A DNA stretch of 64,000 nucleotides from the human T2T-CHM13v2.0 reference genome, Homo sapiens, in the NCBI RefSeq assembly GCF_009914755.1, contig NC_060940.1; one strand, given 5' to 3'. Both the position numbers and the translations under genes were made by a program. Below are positions 11,484-26,300 of this stretch, in pieces; positions within the stretch are counted from its first letter, which is position 1; each line of letters starts with the position of its first letter. The notes beneath the pieces are model-generated. The model saw only the letters and a program-made list of their open reading frames with translations, had not been told where the DNA came from and searched no databases.

Positions 11484-14400
11484 CATTCTCAGAAACTGCT
11501 CTGTGATGTGTGCGTTCAACTCACAGAGTTTAACTTTTCTTTTCATTCAGCAGTTTGGAAACACTCTGTTTGTAAAGTCTGCAAGTGGATATCTTGGCCT
11601 CTTAGAGGCCTTCGTTGGAAGCGGGTTTTTTCATGTAAGGATAGACAGAGGAATTCCCAGTAACTTCCTTGTGTTGTGTGCATTCAACTCACAGAGTTGA
11701 ATGATTCTTTACACAGAGCAGATTTGAGACACTCTTTTGGTGGAATTTGTAAGTGGAGAATTCAGCCGCTTTGAGGTCAACGGTAGAAAAGGAAATATCT
11801 TCGTATAAAAACTAGACAGAATGATTCTCAGAAACTGTTTTGTGATGTGTGCGTTCAACTCACAGAGTTTAACCTTTCTTTTCAAAGAGCAGTTAGGAAA
11901 CACTCTGTTTGTAAAGTCTGCAAGTGGATATTCAGACCTCTTTGAGGCCTTCGTTGGAAACGGGATTTCTTCATATTATGCTAGACAGATGAATTCTCAG
12001 TAACTTCCTTGTGTTGTGTGTATTCAACTCACAGAGTTGAACGATCCTTTACACAGAGCAGATTTGAAACACTGTTTTTCTGGAATTTGCAAGTGGAGAT
12101 TTCAGCCGCTTTGAGGTCAATGGTAGAAAAGGAAATATCTTCGTATAAAAACTAGACAGAATGATTCTCAGAAACTCCTTTGTGATGTGTGCGTTCAACT
12201 CACAGAGTTTAACCTTTCTTTTCACAGAGCAGTTAGGAAACACTCTGTTTGTGAAGCCTGCCAGTGGATATTCGGACCTCTTTGAGGCCTTCGTTGGAAA
12301 CGGGATTTCTTCATATTATGCTAGACAGAAGATTTCTCAGTAACTTCTTTGTGTTGTGTGTATGCAACTCACAGAGTTCAACCTTCCTTTAGACAGAGCA
12401 GATTTGAAACACTCTTTTTGTGGAATTTGCAAGTGGAGATTTCAAGCGCTTCGATGCCAATGGTAGAAAAGGAAATATCTTCGTATAAAAACAAGACAAA
12501 CTCGTTCCCAGACACTGCGTAGTGATGTGTGTGTTTAACTCACAGAGTTTAACCTTTCTTTTCATACAGCATTCTGGAAACCCTGTGTTTGTAAAGTCTG
12601 CAAGTGGATATTTGGACCTCTTAGATGCCTTCGTTGGAAACGGGATTTCTTCATATAATGCTAGAGGGAAGAATTCTTAGTAACTTCTTTGTGTTGTGTG
12701 TATTCAACTGACAGAGTTGAACCTTCCTTTAGACAGAGCAGATTTGAAAGTCTCTTTTTGTGGAATTTGCAAGTGGAGATTTCAAGCGCTTTGAGGCCAA
12801 AAGCAGAAAAGGAAATATTTTCCTATAAAAACTCGACAGAATCTTTCTCAGAAACTGCTCTGGGATGTGTGCGTTCAACTCACAGAGTTTAACTTTTCTT
12901 TTCATTCAGCAGTTTGGAAACACTCTGTTTGGAAAGTCTGCACGTGGATATTTTGACCTCTTTGAGGCCTTCGTTGGAAACGGGTTTTTTTCATGTAAGG
13001 CTAGACAGAAGAAATCTCAGTAACTTCCTTGTGTTGTGTGTATTCAACTGACAGAGTTGAACCTTCCTTTAGACAGAGCAGATTCGAAACACTCTTTTTC
13101 TGCAATTTGCAAGTGGAGACTTCAAGCGCTTTGAGGCCAAAGGCAGAAAAGGAAATATCTTCGTATAAAAACCCGACAGAATCATTCTCAGAAACTGCTC
13201 TGTGATGTGTGCGTTCAACTCACAGAGTTTAACTTTTCTTTTCATTCAGCAGTTTGGAAACACTCTGTTTGTAAAGTCTGCAAGTGGATATCTTGGCCTC
13301 TTAGAGGCCTTCGTTGGAAACGGGTTTTTTCATGTAAGGATAGACAGAGGAATTCCCAGTAACTTCCTTGTGTTGTGTGCATTCAACTCACAGAGTTGAA
13401 TGATTCTTTACACAGAGCAGATTTGAGACACTCTTTTGGTGGAATTTGTAAGTGGAGAATTCAGCTGCTTTGAGGTCAACGGTAGAAAAGGAAATATCTT
13501 CGTATAAAAACTAGACAGAATGATTCTCAGAAACTGTTTTGTGATGTGTGCGTTCAACTCACAGAGTTTAACCTTTCTTTTCAAAGAGCAGTTAGGAAAC
13601 ACTCTGTTTGTAAAGTCTGCAAGTGGATATTCAGACTTCTTTGAGGCCTTCGTTGGAAACGGGATTTCTTCATATTATGCTAGACAGATGAATTCTCAGT
13701 AACTTCCTTGTGTTGTGTGTATTCAACTCACAGAGTTGAACGATCCTTTACACAGAGCAGATTTGAAACACTGTTTTTCTGGAATTTGCAAGTGGAGATT
13801 TCAGCCGCTTTGAGGTCAATGGTAGAAAAGGAAATATCTTCGTATAAAAACTAGACAGAATGATTCTCAGAAACTCCTTTGTGATGTGTGCGTTCAACTC
13901 ACAGAGTTTAACCTTTCTTTTCACAGAGCAGTTAGGAAACACTCTGTTTGTGAAGCCTGCCAGTGGATATTCGGACCTCTTTGAGGCCTTCGTTGGAAAC
14001 GGGATTTCTTCATATTATGCTAGACAGAAGATTTCTCAGTAACTTCTTTGTGTTGTGTGTATGCAACTCACAGAGTTCAACCTTCCTTTAGACAGAGCAG
14101 ATTTGAAACACTCTTTTTGTGGAATTTGCAAGTGGAGATTTCAAGCGCTTCGATGCCAATGGTAGAAAAGGAAATATCTTCGTATAAAAACAAGACAAAC
14201 TCGTTCCCAGACACTGCGTAGTGATGTGTGTGTTTAACTCACAGAGTTTAACCTTTCTTTTCATACAGCATTCTGGAAACCCTGTGTTTGTAAAGTCTGC
14301 AAGTGGATATTTGGACCTCTTAGATGCCTTCGTTGGAAACGGGATTTCTTCATATAATGCTAGAGGGAAGAATTCTTAGTAACTTCTTTGTGTTGTGTGT

Positions 14401-14881
14401 ATTCAACTGACAGAGTTGAACCTTCCTTTAGACAGAGCAGATTTGAAAGTCTCTTTTTGTGGAATTTGCAAGTGGAGATTTCAAGCGCTTTGAGGCCAAA
14501 AGCAGAAAAGGAAATATTTTCCTATAAAAACTAGACAGAATCTTTCTCAGAATCTGCTCTGGGATGTGTGCGTTCAACTCACAGAGTTTAACTTTTCTTT
14601 TCATTCAGCAGTTTGGAAACACTCTGTTTGGAAAGTCTGCACGTGGATATTTTGACCTCTTTGAGGCCTTCGTTGGAAACGGGTTTTTTTCATGTAAGGC
14701 TAGACAGAAGAAATCTCAGTAACTTCCTTGTGTTGTGTGTATTCAACTGACAGAGTTGAACCTTCCTTTAGACAGAGCAGATTCGAAACACTCTTTTTCT
14801 GCAATTTGCAAGTGGAGACTTCAAGCGCTTTGAGGCCAAAGGCAGAAAAGGAAATATCTTCGTATAAAAACCCGACAGAAT
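11484..14881 (+). repeat. Two canonical 10-mers (U8-U9)
   Basis: Spacing 1699 bp x2. Confidence 0.95.
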
Positions 14882-17800
14882 CATTCTCAGAAACTGCTCT
14901 GTGATGTGTGCGTTCAACTCACAGAGTTTAACTTTTCTTTTCATTCAGCAGTTTGGAAACACTCTGTTTGTAAAGTCTGCAAGTGGATATCTTGGCCTCT
15001 TAGAGGCCTTCATTGGAAACGGGTTTTTTCATGTAAGGTTAGACAGAGGAATTCCCAGTAACTTCCTTGTGTTGCGTGCATTCAACTCACAGAGTTGAAT
15101 GATTCTTTACACAGAGCAGATTTGAGACACTCTTTTGGTGGAATTTGTAAGTGGAGAATTCAGCCGCTTTGAGGTCAACGGTAGAAAAGGAAATATCTTC
15201 GTATAAAAACTAGACAGAATGATTCTCAGAAACTCCTTTGTGATGTGTGCGTTCAACTCACAGAGTTTAACCTTTCTTTTCACAGAGCAGTTAGGAAACA
15301 CTCTGTTTGTGAAGCCTGCCAGTGGATATTCGGACCTCTTTGAGGCCTTCGTTGGAAACGGGATTTCTTCATATTATGCTAGACAGAAGATTTCTCAGTA
15401 ACTTCTTTGTGTTGTGTGTATGCAACTCACAGAGTTCAACCTTCCTTTAGACAGAGCAGATTTGAAACACTCTTTTTGTGGAATTTGCAAGTGGAGATTT
15501 CAAGCGCTTCGATGCCAATGGTAGAAAAGGAAATATCTTCGTATAAAAACAAGACAAACTCGTTCCCAGACACTGCGTAGTGATGTGTGTGTTTAACTCA
15601 CAGAGTTTAACCTTTCTTTTCATACAGCATTCTGGAAACCCTCTGTTTGTAAAGTCTGCAAGTGGATATTTGGACCTCTTAGATGCCTTCGTTGGAAACG
15701 GGATTTCTTCATATAATGCTAGAGGGAAGAATTCTTAGTAACTTCTTTGTGTTGTGTGTATTCAACTGACAGAGTTGAACCTTCCTTTAGACAGAGCAGA
15801 TTTGAAAGTCTCTTTTTGTGGAATTTGCAAGTGGAGATTTCAAGCGCTTTGAGGCCAAAAGCAGAAAAGGAAATATTTTCCTATAAAAACTAGACAGAAT
15901 CTTTCTCAGAAACTGCTCTGGGATGTGTGCGTTCAACTCACAGAGTTTAACTTTTCTTTTCATTCAGCAGTTTGGAAACACTCTGTTTGGAAAGTCTGCA
16001 CGTGGATATTTTGACCTCTTTGAGGCCTTCGTTGGAAACGGGTTTTTTTCATGTAAGGCTAGACAGAAGAAATCTCAGTAACTTCCTTGTGTTGTGTGTA
16101 TTCAACTGACAGAGTTGAACCTTCCCTTAGACAGAGCAGATTCGAAACACTCTTTTTCTGCAATTTGCAAGTGGAGACTTCAAGCGCTTTGAGGCCAAAG
16201 GCAGAAAAGGAAATATCTTCGTATAAAAACCCGACAGAATCATTCTCAGAAACTGCTCTGTGATGTGTGCGTTCAACTCACAGAGTTTAACTTTTCTTTT
16301 CATTCAGCAGTTTGGAAACACTCTGTTTGTAAAGTCTGCAAGTGGATATCTTGGCCTCTTAGAGGCCTTCGTTGGAAACGGGTTTTTTCATGTAAGGTTA
16401 GACAGAGGAATTCCCAGTAACTTCCTTGTGTTGCGTGCATTCAACTCACAGAGTTGAATGATTCTTTACACAGAGCAGATTTGAGACACTCTTTTGGTGG
16501 AATTTGTAAGTGGAGAATTCAGCCGCTTTGAGGTCAACGGTAGAAAAGGAAATATCTTCGTATAAAAACTAGACAGAATGATTCTCAGAAACTGTTTTGT
16601 GATGTGTGCGTTCAACTCACAGAGTTTAACCTTTCTTTTCAAAGAGCAGTTAGGAAACACTCTGTTTGTAAAGTCTGCAAGTGGATATTCAGACCTCTTT
16701 GAGGCCTTCGTTGGAAACGGGATTTCTTCATATTATGCTAGACAGATGAATTCTCAGTAACTTCCTTGTGTTGTGTGTATTCAACTCACAGAGTTAAACG
16801 ATCCTTTACACAGAGCAGATTTGAAACACTGTTTTTCTGGAATTTGCAAGTGGAGATTTCAGCCGCTTTGAGGTCAATGGTAGAAAAGGAAATATCTTCG
16901 TATAAAAACTAGACAGAATGATTCTCAGAAACTCCTTTGTGATGTGTGCGTTCAACTCACAGAGTTTAACCTTTCTTTTCATACAGCATTCTGGAAACCC
17001 TGTGTTTGTAAAGTCTGCAAGTGGATATTTGGACCTCTTAGATGCCTTCGTTGGAAACGGGATTTCTTCATATAATGCTAGAGGGAAGAATTCTTAGTAA
17101 CTTCTTTGTGTTGTGTGTATTCAACTGACAGAGTTGAACCTTCCTTTAGACAGAGCAGATTTGAAAGTCTCTTTTTGTGGAATTTGCAAGTGGAGATTTC
17201 AAGCGCTTTGAGGCCAAAAGCAGAAAAGGAAATATTTTCCTATAAAAACTCGACAGAATCTTTCTCAGAAACTGCTCTGGGATGTGTGCGTTCAACTCAC
17301 AGAGTTTAACTTTTCTTTTCATTCAGCAGTTTGGAAACACTCTGATTGGAAAGTCTGCACGTGGATATTTTGACCTCTTTGAGGCCTTCGTTGGAAACGG
17401 GTTTTTTTCATGTAAGGCTAGACAGAAGAAATCTCAGTAACTTCCTTGTGTTGTGTGTATTCAACTGACAGAGTTGAACCTTCCTTTAGACAGAGCAGAT
17501 TCGAAACACTCTTTTTCTGCAATTTGCAAGTGGAGACTTCAAGCGCTTTGAGGCCAAAGGCAGAAAAGGAAATATCTTCGTATAAAAACCCGACAGAATC
17601 ATTCTCAGAAACTGCTCTGTGATGTGTGCGTTCAACTCACAGAGTTTAACTTTTCTTTTCATTCAGCAGTTTGGAAACACTCTGTTTGTAAAGTCTGCAA
17701 GTGGATATCTTGGCCTCTTAGAGGCCTTCGTTGGAAACGGGTTTTTTCATGTTAGGATAGACAGAGGAATTCCCAGTAACTTCCTTGTGTTGTGTGCATT

Positions 17801-20317
17801 CAACTCACAGAGTTGAATGATTCTTTACACAGAGCAGATTTGAGACACTCTTTTGGTGGAATTTGCAAGTGGAGATTTCAGCCGCTTTGAGGTCAATGGT
17901 AGAAAAGGAAATATCTTCGTATAAAAACTAGACAGAATGATTCTCAGAAACTCCTTTGTGATGTGTGCGTTCAACTCACAGAGTTTAACCTTTCTTTTCA
18001 CAGAGCAGTTAGGAAACACTCTGTTTGTGAAGCCTGCCAGTGGATATTCGGACCTCTTTGAGGCCTTCGTTGGAAACGGGATTTCTTCATATTATGCTAG
18101 ACAGAAGATTTCTCAGTAACTTCTTTGTGTTGTGTGTATGCAACTCACAGAGTTCAACCTTCCTTTAGACAGAGCAGATTTGAAACACTCTTTTTGTGGA
18201 ATTTGCAAGTGGAGATTTCAAGCGCTTCGATGCCAATGGTAGAAAAGGAAATATCTTCGTATAAAAACAAGACAAACTCGTTCCCAGACACTGCGTAGTG
18301 ATGTGTGTGTTTAACTCACAGAGTTTAACCTTTCTTTTCATACAGCATTCTGGAAACCCTCTGTTTGTAAAGTCTGCAAGTGGATATTTGGACCTCTTAG
18401 ATGCCTTCGTTGGAAACGGGATTTCTTCATATAATGCTAGAGGGAAGAATTCTTAGTAACTTCTTTGTGTTGTGTGTATTCAACTGACAGAGTTGAACCT
18501 TCCTTTAGACAGAGCAGATTTGAAAGTCTCTTTTTGTGGAATTTGCAAGTGGAGATTTCAAGCGCTTTGAGGCCAAAAGCAGAAAAGGAAATATTTTCCT
18601 ATAAAAACTAGACAGAATCTTTCTCAGAAACTGCTCTGGGATGTGTGCGTTCAACTCACAGAGTTTAACTTTTCTTTTCATTCAGCAGTTTGGAAACACT
18701 CTGTTTGGAAAGTCTGCACGTGGATATTTTGACCTCTTTGAGGCCTTCGTTGGAAACGGGTTTTTTTCATGTAAGGCTAGACAGAAGAAATCTCAGTAAC
18801 TTCCTTGTGTTGTGTGTATTCAACTGACAGAGTTGAACCTTCCTTTAGACAGAGCAGATTCGAAACACTCTTTTTCTGCAATTTGCAAGTGGAGACTTCA
18901 AGCGCTTTGAGGCCAAAGGCAGAAAAGGAAATATCTTCGTATAAAAACCCGACAGAATCATTCTCAGAAACTGCTCTGTGATGTGTGCGTTCAACTCACA
19001 GAGTTTAACTTTTCTTTTCATTCAGCAGTTTGGAAACACTCTGTTTGTAAAGTCTGCAAGTGGATATCTTGGCCTCTTAGAGGCCTTCGTTGGAAACGGG
19101 TTTTTTCATGTAAGGTTAGACAGAGGAATTCCCAGTAACTTCCTTGTGTTGCGTGCATTCAACTCACAGAGTTGAATGATTCTTTACACAGAGCAGATTT
19201 GAGACACTCTTTTGGTGGAATTTGTAAGTGGAGAATTCAGCCGCTTTGAGGTCAATGGTAGAAAAGGAAATATCTTCGTATAAAAACTAGACAGAATGAT
19301 TCTCAGAAACTGTTTTGTGATGTGTGCGTTCAACTCACAGAGTTTAACCTTTCTTTTCAAAGAGCAGTTAGGAAACACTCTGTTTGTAAAGTCTGCAAGT
19401 GGATATTCAGACCTCTTTGAGGCCTTCGTTGGAAACGGGATTTCTTCATATTATGCTAGACAGATGAATTCTCAGTAACTTCCTTGTGTTGTGTGTATTC
19501 AACTCACAGAGTTGAACGATCCTTTACACAGAGCAGATTTGAAACACTGTTTTTCTGGAATTTGCAAGTGGAGATTTCAGCCGCTTTGAGGTCAATGGTA
19601 GAAAAGGAAATATCTTCGTATAAAAACTAGACAGAATGATTCTCAGAAACTCCTTTGTGATGTGTGCGTTCAACTCACAGAGTTTAACCTTTCTTTTCAT
19701 ACAGCATTCTGGAAACCCTGTGTTTGTAAAGTCTGCAAGTGGATATTTGGACCTCTTAGATGCCTTCGTTGGAAACGGGATTTCTTCATATAATGCTAGA
19801 GGGAAGAATTCTTAGTAACTTCTTTGTGTTGTGTGTATTCAACTGACAGAGTTGAACCTTCCTTTAGACAGAGCAGATTTGAAAGTCTCTTTTTGTGGAA
19901 TTTGCAAGTGGAGATTTCAAGCGCTTTGAGGCCAAAAGCAGAAAAGGAAATATTTTCCTATAAAAACTCGACAGAATCTTTCTCAGAAACTGCTCTGGGA
20001 TGTGTGCGTTCAACTCACAGAGTTTAACTTTTCTTTTCATTCAGCAGTTTGGAAACACTCTGATTGGAAAGTCTGCACGTGGATATTTTGACCTCTTTGA
20101 GGCCTTCGTTGGAAACGGGTTTTTTTCATGTAAGGCTAGACAGAAGAAATCTCAGTAACTTCCTTGTGTTGTGTGTATTCAACTGACAGAGTTGAACCTT
20201 CCTTTAGACAGAGCAGATTCGAAACACTCTTTTTCTGCAATTTGCAAGTGGAGACTTCAAGCGCTTTGAGGCCAAAGGCAGAAAAGGAAATATCTTCGTA
20301 TAAAAACCCGACAGAAT
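14882..20317 (+). repeat. Run of four consecutive 8-mers: X (14882-16240), Y (16241-17599), X' (17600-18958), Y (18959-20317)
   Basis: Landmarks 14901, 16260, 17619, 18978, 20337 are each 1359 bp apart; junction sequences read directly. Confidence 0.93.
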
Positions 20318-23300
20318 CATTCTCAGAAACTGCTCTGTGATGTGTGCGTTCAACTCACAGAGTTTAACTTTTCTTTTCATTCAGCAGTTTGGAAACACTC
20401 TGTTTGTAAAGTCTGCAAGTGGATATCTTGGCCTCTTAGAGGCCTTCGTTGGAAACGGGTTTTTTCATGTAAGGTTAGACAGAGGAATTCCCAGTAACTT
20501 CCTTGTGTTGTGTGCATTCAACTCACAGAGTTGAATGATTCTTTACACAGAGCAGATTTGAGACACTCTTTTGGTGGAATTTGTAAGTGGAGAATTCAGC
20601 CGCTTTGAGGTCAACGGTAGAAAAGGAAATATCTTCGTATAAAAACTAGACAGAATGATTCTCAGAAACTGTTTTGTGATGTGTGCGTTCAACTCACAGA
20701 GTTTAACCTTTCTTTTCAAAGAGCAGTTAGGAAACACTCTGTTTGTAAAGTCTGCAAGTGGATATTCAGACCTCTTTGAGGCCTTCGTTGGAAACGGGAT
20801 TTCTTCATATTATGCTAGACAGATGAATTCTCAGTAACTTCCTTGTGTTGTGTGTATTCAACTCACAGAGTTGAACGATCCTTTACACAGAGCAGATTTG
20901 AAACACTGTTTTTCTGGAATTTGCAAGTGGAGATTTCAGCCGCTTTGAGGTCAATGGTAGAAAAGGAAATATCTTCGTATAAAAACTAGACAGAATGATT
21001 CTCAGAAACTCCTTTGTGATGTGTGCGTTCAACTCACAGAGTTTAACCTTTCTTTTCACAGAGCAGTTAGGAAACACTCTGTTTGTGAAGCCTGCCAGTG
21101 GATATTCGGACCTCTTTGAGGCCTTCGTTGGAAACGGGATTTCTTCATATTATGCTAGACAGAAGATTTCTCAGTAACTTCTTTGGGTTGTGTGTATGCA
21201 ACTCACAGAGTTCAACCTTCCTTTAGACAGAGCAGATTTGAAACACTCTTTTTGTGGAATTTGCAAGTGGAGATTTCAAGCGCTTCGATGCCAATGGTAG
21301 AAAAGGAAATATCTTCGTATAAAAACAAGACAAACTCGTTCCCAGACACTGCGTAGTGATGTGTGTGTTTAACTCACAGAGTTTAACCTTTCTTTTCATA
21401 CAGCATTCTGGAAACCCTGTGTTTGTAAAGTCTGCAAGTGGATATTTGGACCTCTTAGATGCCTTCGTTGGAAACGGGATTTCTTCATATAATGCTAGAG
21501 GGAAGAATTCTTAGTAACTTCTTTGTGTTGTGTGTATTCAACTGACAGAGTTGAACCTTCCTTTAGACAGAGCAGATTTGAAAGTCTCTTTTTGTGGAAT
21601 TTGCAAGTGGAGATTTCAAGCGCTTTGAGGCCAAAAGCAGAAAAGGAAATATTTTCCTATAAAAACTAGACAGAATCTTTCTCAGAAACTGCTCTGGGAT
21701 GTGTGCGTTCAACTCACAGAGTTTAACTTTTCTTTTCATTCAGCAGTTTGGAAACACTCTGTTTGGAAAGTCTGCACGTGGATATTTTGACCTCTTTGAG
21801 GCCTTCGTTGGAAACGGGTTTTTTTCATGTAAGGCTAGACAGAAGAAATCTCAGTAACTTCCTTGTGTTGTGTGTATTCAACTGACAGAGTTGAACCTTC
21901 CTTTAGACAGAGCAGATTCGAAACACTCTTTTTCTGCAATTTGCAAGTGGAGACTTCAAGCGCTTTGAGGCCAAAGGCAGAAAAGGAAATATCTTCGTAT
22001 AAAAACCCGACAGAATCATTCTTAGAAACTGCTCTGTGATGTGTGCGTTCAACTCACAGAGTTTAACTTTTCTTTTCATTCAGCAGTTTGGAAACACTCT
22101 GTTTGTAAAGTCTGCAAGTGGATATCTTGGCCTCTTAGAGGCCTTCGTTGGAAACGGGTTTTTTCATGTAAGGTTAGACAGAGGAATTCCCACTAACTTC
22201 CTTGTGTTGTGTGCATTCAACTCACAGAGTTGAATGATTCTTTACACAGAGCAGATTTGAGACACTCTTTTGGTGGAATTTGTAAGTGGAGAATTCAGCC
22301 GCTTTGAGGTCAACGGTAGAAAAGGAAATATCTTCGTATAAAAACTAGACAGAATGATTCTCAGAAACTGTTTTGTGATGTGTGCGTTCAACTCACAGAG
22401 TTTAACCTTTCTTTTCAAAGAGCAGTTAGGAAACACTCTGTTTGTAAAGTCTGCAAGTGGATATTCAGACCTCTTTGAGGCCTTCGTTGGAAACGGGATT
22501 TCTTCATATTATGCTAGACAGATGAATTCTCAGTAACTTCCTTGTGTTGTGTGTATTCAACTCACAGAGTTGAACGATCCTTTACACAGAGCAGATTTGA
22601 AACACTGTTTTTCTGGAATTTGCAAGTGGAGATTTCAGCCGCTTTGAGGTCAATGGTAGAAAAGGAAATATCTTCGTATAAAAACTAGACAGAATGATTC
22701 TCAGAAACTCCTTTGTGATGTGTGCGTTCAACTCACAGAGTTTAACCTTTCTTTTCACAGAGCAGTTAGGAAACACTCTGTTTGTGAAGCCTGCCAGTGG
22801 ATATTCGGACCTCTTTGAGGCCTTCGTTGGAAACGGGATTTCTTCATATTATGCTAGACAGAAGATTTCTCAGTAACTTCTTTGTGTTGTGTGTATGCAA
22901 CTCACAGAGTTCAACCTTCCTTTAGACAGAGCAGATTTGAAACACTCTTTTTGTGGAATTTGCAAGTGGAGATTTCAAGCGCTTCGATGCCAATGGTAGA
23001 AAAGGAAATATCTTCGTATAAAAACAAGACAAACTCGTTCCCAGACACTGCGTAGTGATGTGTGTGTTTAACTCACAGAGTTTAACCTTTCTTTTCATAC
23101 AGCATTCTGGAAACCCTGTGTTTGTAAAGTCTGCAAGTGGATATTTGGACCTCTTAGATGCCTTCGTTGGAAACGGGATTTCTTCATATAATGCTAGAGG
23201 GAAGAATTCTTAGTAACTTCTTTGTGTTGTGTGTATTCAACTGACAGAGTTGAACCTTCCTTTAGACAGAGCAGATTTGAAAGTCTCTTTCTGTGGAATT

Positions 23301-26300
23301 TGCAAGTGGAGATTTCAAGCGCTTTGAGGCCAAAAGCAGAAAAGGAAATATTTTCCTATAAAAACTAGACAGAATCTTTCTCAGAAACTGCTCTGGGATG
23401 TGTGCGTTCAACTCACAGAGTTTAACTTTTCTTTTCATTCAGCAGTTTGGAAACACTCTGTTTGGAAAGTCTGCACGTGGATATTTTGACCTCTTTGAGG
23501 CCTTCGTTGGAAACGGGTTTTTTTCATGTAAGGCTAGACAGAAGAAATCTCAGTAACTTCCTTGTGTTGTGTGTATTCAACTGACAGAGTTGAACCTTCC
23601 TTTAGACAGAGCAGATTCGAAACACTCTTTTTCTGCAATTTGCAAGTGGAGACTTCAAGCGCTTTGAGGCCAAAGGCAGAAAAGGAAATATCTTCGTATA
23701 AAAACCCGACAGAATCATTCTCAGAAACTGCTCTGTGATGTGTGCGTTCAACTCACAGAGTTTAACTTTTCTTTTCATTCAGCAGTTTGGAAACACTCTG
23801 TTTGTAAAGTCTGCAAGTGGATATCTTGGCCTCTTAGAGGCCTTCGTTGGAAGCGGGTTTTTTCATGTAAGGATAGACAGAGGAATTCCCAGTAACTTCC
23901 TTGTGTTGTGTGCATTCAACTCACAGAGTTGAATGATTCTTTACACAGAGCAGATTTGAGACACTCTTTTGGTGGAATTTGTAAGTGGAGAATTCAGCCG
24001 CTTTGAGGTCAACGGTAGAAAAGGAAATATCTTCGTATAAAAACTAGACAGAATGATTCTCAGAAACTGTTTTGTGATGTGTGCGTTCAACTCACAGAGT
24101 TTAACCTTTCTTTTCAAAGAGCAGTTAGGAAACACTCTGTTTGTAAAGTCTGCAAGTGGATATTCAGACCTCTTTGAGGCCTTCGTTGGAAACGGGATTT
24201 CTTCATATTATGCTAGACAGATGAATTCTCAGTAACTTCCTTGTGTTGTGTGTATTCAACTCACAGAGTTAAACGATCCTTTACACAGAGCAGATTTGAA
24301 ACACTGTTTTTCTGGAATTTGCAAGTGGAGATTTCAGCCGCTTTGAGGTCAATGGTAGAAAAGGAAATATCTTCGTATAAAAACTAGACAGAATGATTCT
24401 CAGAAACTCCTTTGTGATGTGTGCGTTCAACTCACAGAGTTTAACCTTTCTTTTCACAGAGCAGTTAGGAAACACTCTGTTTGTGAAGCCTGCCAGTGGA
24501 TATTCGGACCTCTTTGAGGCCTTCGTTGGAAACGGGATTTCTTCATATTATGCTAGACAGAAGATTTCTCAGTAACTTCTTTGTGTTGTGTGTATGCAAC
24601 TCACAGAGTTCAACCTTCCTTTAGACAGAGCAGATTTGAAACACTCTTTTTGTGGAATTTGCAAGTGGAGATTTCAAGCGCTTCGATGCCAATGGTAGAA
24701 AAGGAAATATCTTCGTATAAAAACAAGACAAACTCGTTCCCAGACACTGCGTAGTGATGTGTGTGTTTAACTCACAGAGTTTAACCTTTCTTTTCATACA
24801 GCATTCTGGAAACCCTGTGTTTGTAAAGTCTGCAAGTGGATATTTGGACCTCTTAGATGCCTTCGTTGGAAACGGGATTTCTTCATATAATGCTAGAGGG
24901 AAGAATTCTTAGTAACTTCTTTGTGTTGTGTGTATTCAACTGACAGAGTTGAACCTTCCTTTAGACAGAGCAGATTTGAAAGTCTCTTTTTGTGGAATTT
25001 GCAAGTGGAGATTTCAAGCGCTTTGAGGCCAAAAGCAGAAAAGGAAATATTTTCCTATAAAAACTAGACAGAATCTTTCTCAGAAACTGCTCTGGGATGT
25101 GTGCGTTCAACTCACAGAGTTTAACTTTTCTTTTCATTCAGCAGTTTGGAAACACTCTGTTTGGAAAGTCTGCACGTGGATATTTTGACCTCTTTGAGGC
25201 CTTCGTTGGAAACGGGTTTTTTTCATGTAAGGCTAGACAGAAGAAATCTCAGTAACTTCCTTGTGTTGTGTGTATTCAACTGACAGAGTTGAACCTTCCT
25301 TTAGACAGAGCAGATTCGAAACACTCTTTTTCTGCAATTTGCAAGTGGAGACTTCAAGCGCTTTGAGGCCAAAGGCAGAAAAGGAAATATCTTCGTATAA
25401 AAACCCGACAGAATCATTCTCAGAAACTGCTCTGTGATGTGTGCGTTCAACTCACAGAGTTTAACTTTTCTTTTCATTCAGCAGTTTGGAAACACTCTGT
25501 TTGTAAAGTCTGCAAGTGGATATCTTGGCCTCTTAGTGGCCTTCGTTGGAAACGGGTTTTATCATGTAAGGTTAGACAGAGGAATTCCCACTAACTTCCT
25601 TGTGTTGTGTGCATTCAACTCACAGAGTTGAATGATTCTTTACACAGAGCAGATTTGAGACACTCTTTTGGTGGAATTTGTAAGTGGAGAATTCAGCCGC
25701 TTTGATGTCAACGGTAGAAAAGGAAAGATCTTCCTATAAAAACTAGACAGAATGATTCTCAGAAACTGTTTTGTGATGTGTGCTTTCAACTCACAGAGTT
25801 TAACCTTTCTTTTCAAAGAGCAGTTAGGAAACACTCTGTTTGTAAAGTCTGCAAGTGGATATTCAGACCTCTTTGAGGCCTTCGTTGGAAACGGGATTTC
25901 TTCATATTATGCTAGACAGATGAATTCTCAGTAACTTCCTTGTGTTGTGTGTATTCAACTCACAGAGTTGAACGATCCTTTACACAGAGCAGATTTGAAA
26001 CACTGTTTTTCTGGAATTTGCAAGTGGAGATTTCAGCCGCTTTGAGGTCAATGGTAGAAAAGGAAATATCTTCGTATAAAAACTAGACAGAATGATTCTC
26101 AGAAACTCCTTTGTGATGTGTGCGTTCAACTCACAGAGTTTAACCTTTCTTTTCACAGAGCAGTTAGGAAACACTCTGTTTGTGAAGCCTGCCAGTGGAT
26201 ATTCGGACCTCTTTGAGGCCTTCGTTGGAAACGGGATTTCTTCATATTATGCTAGACAGAAGATTTCTCAGTAACTTCTTTGTGTTGTGTGTATGCAACT

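Noticed and set aside
19251-19260. m4-like caatggt within m2 as a possible micro-conversion
   Set aside because: Equally explained by a single CpG>TpG deamination.
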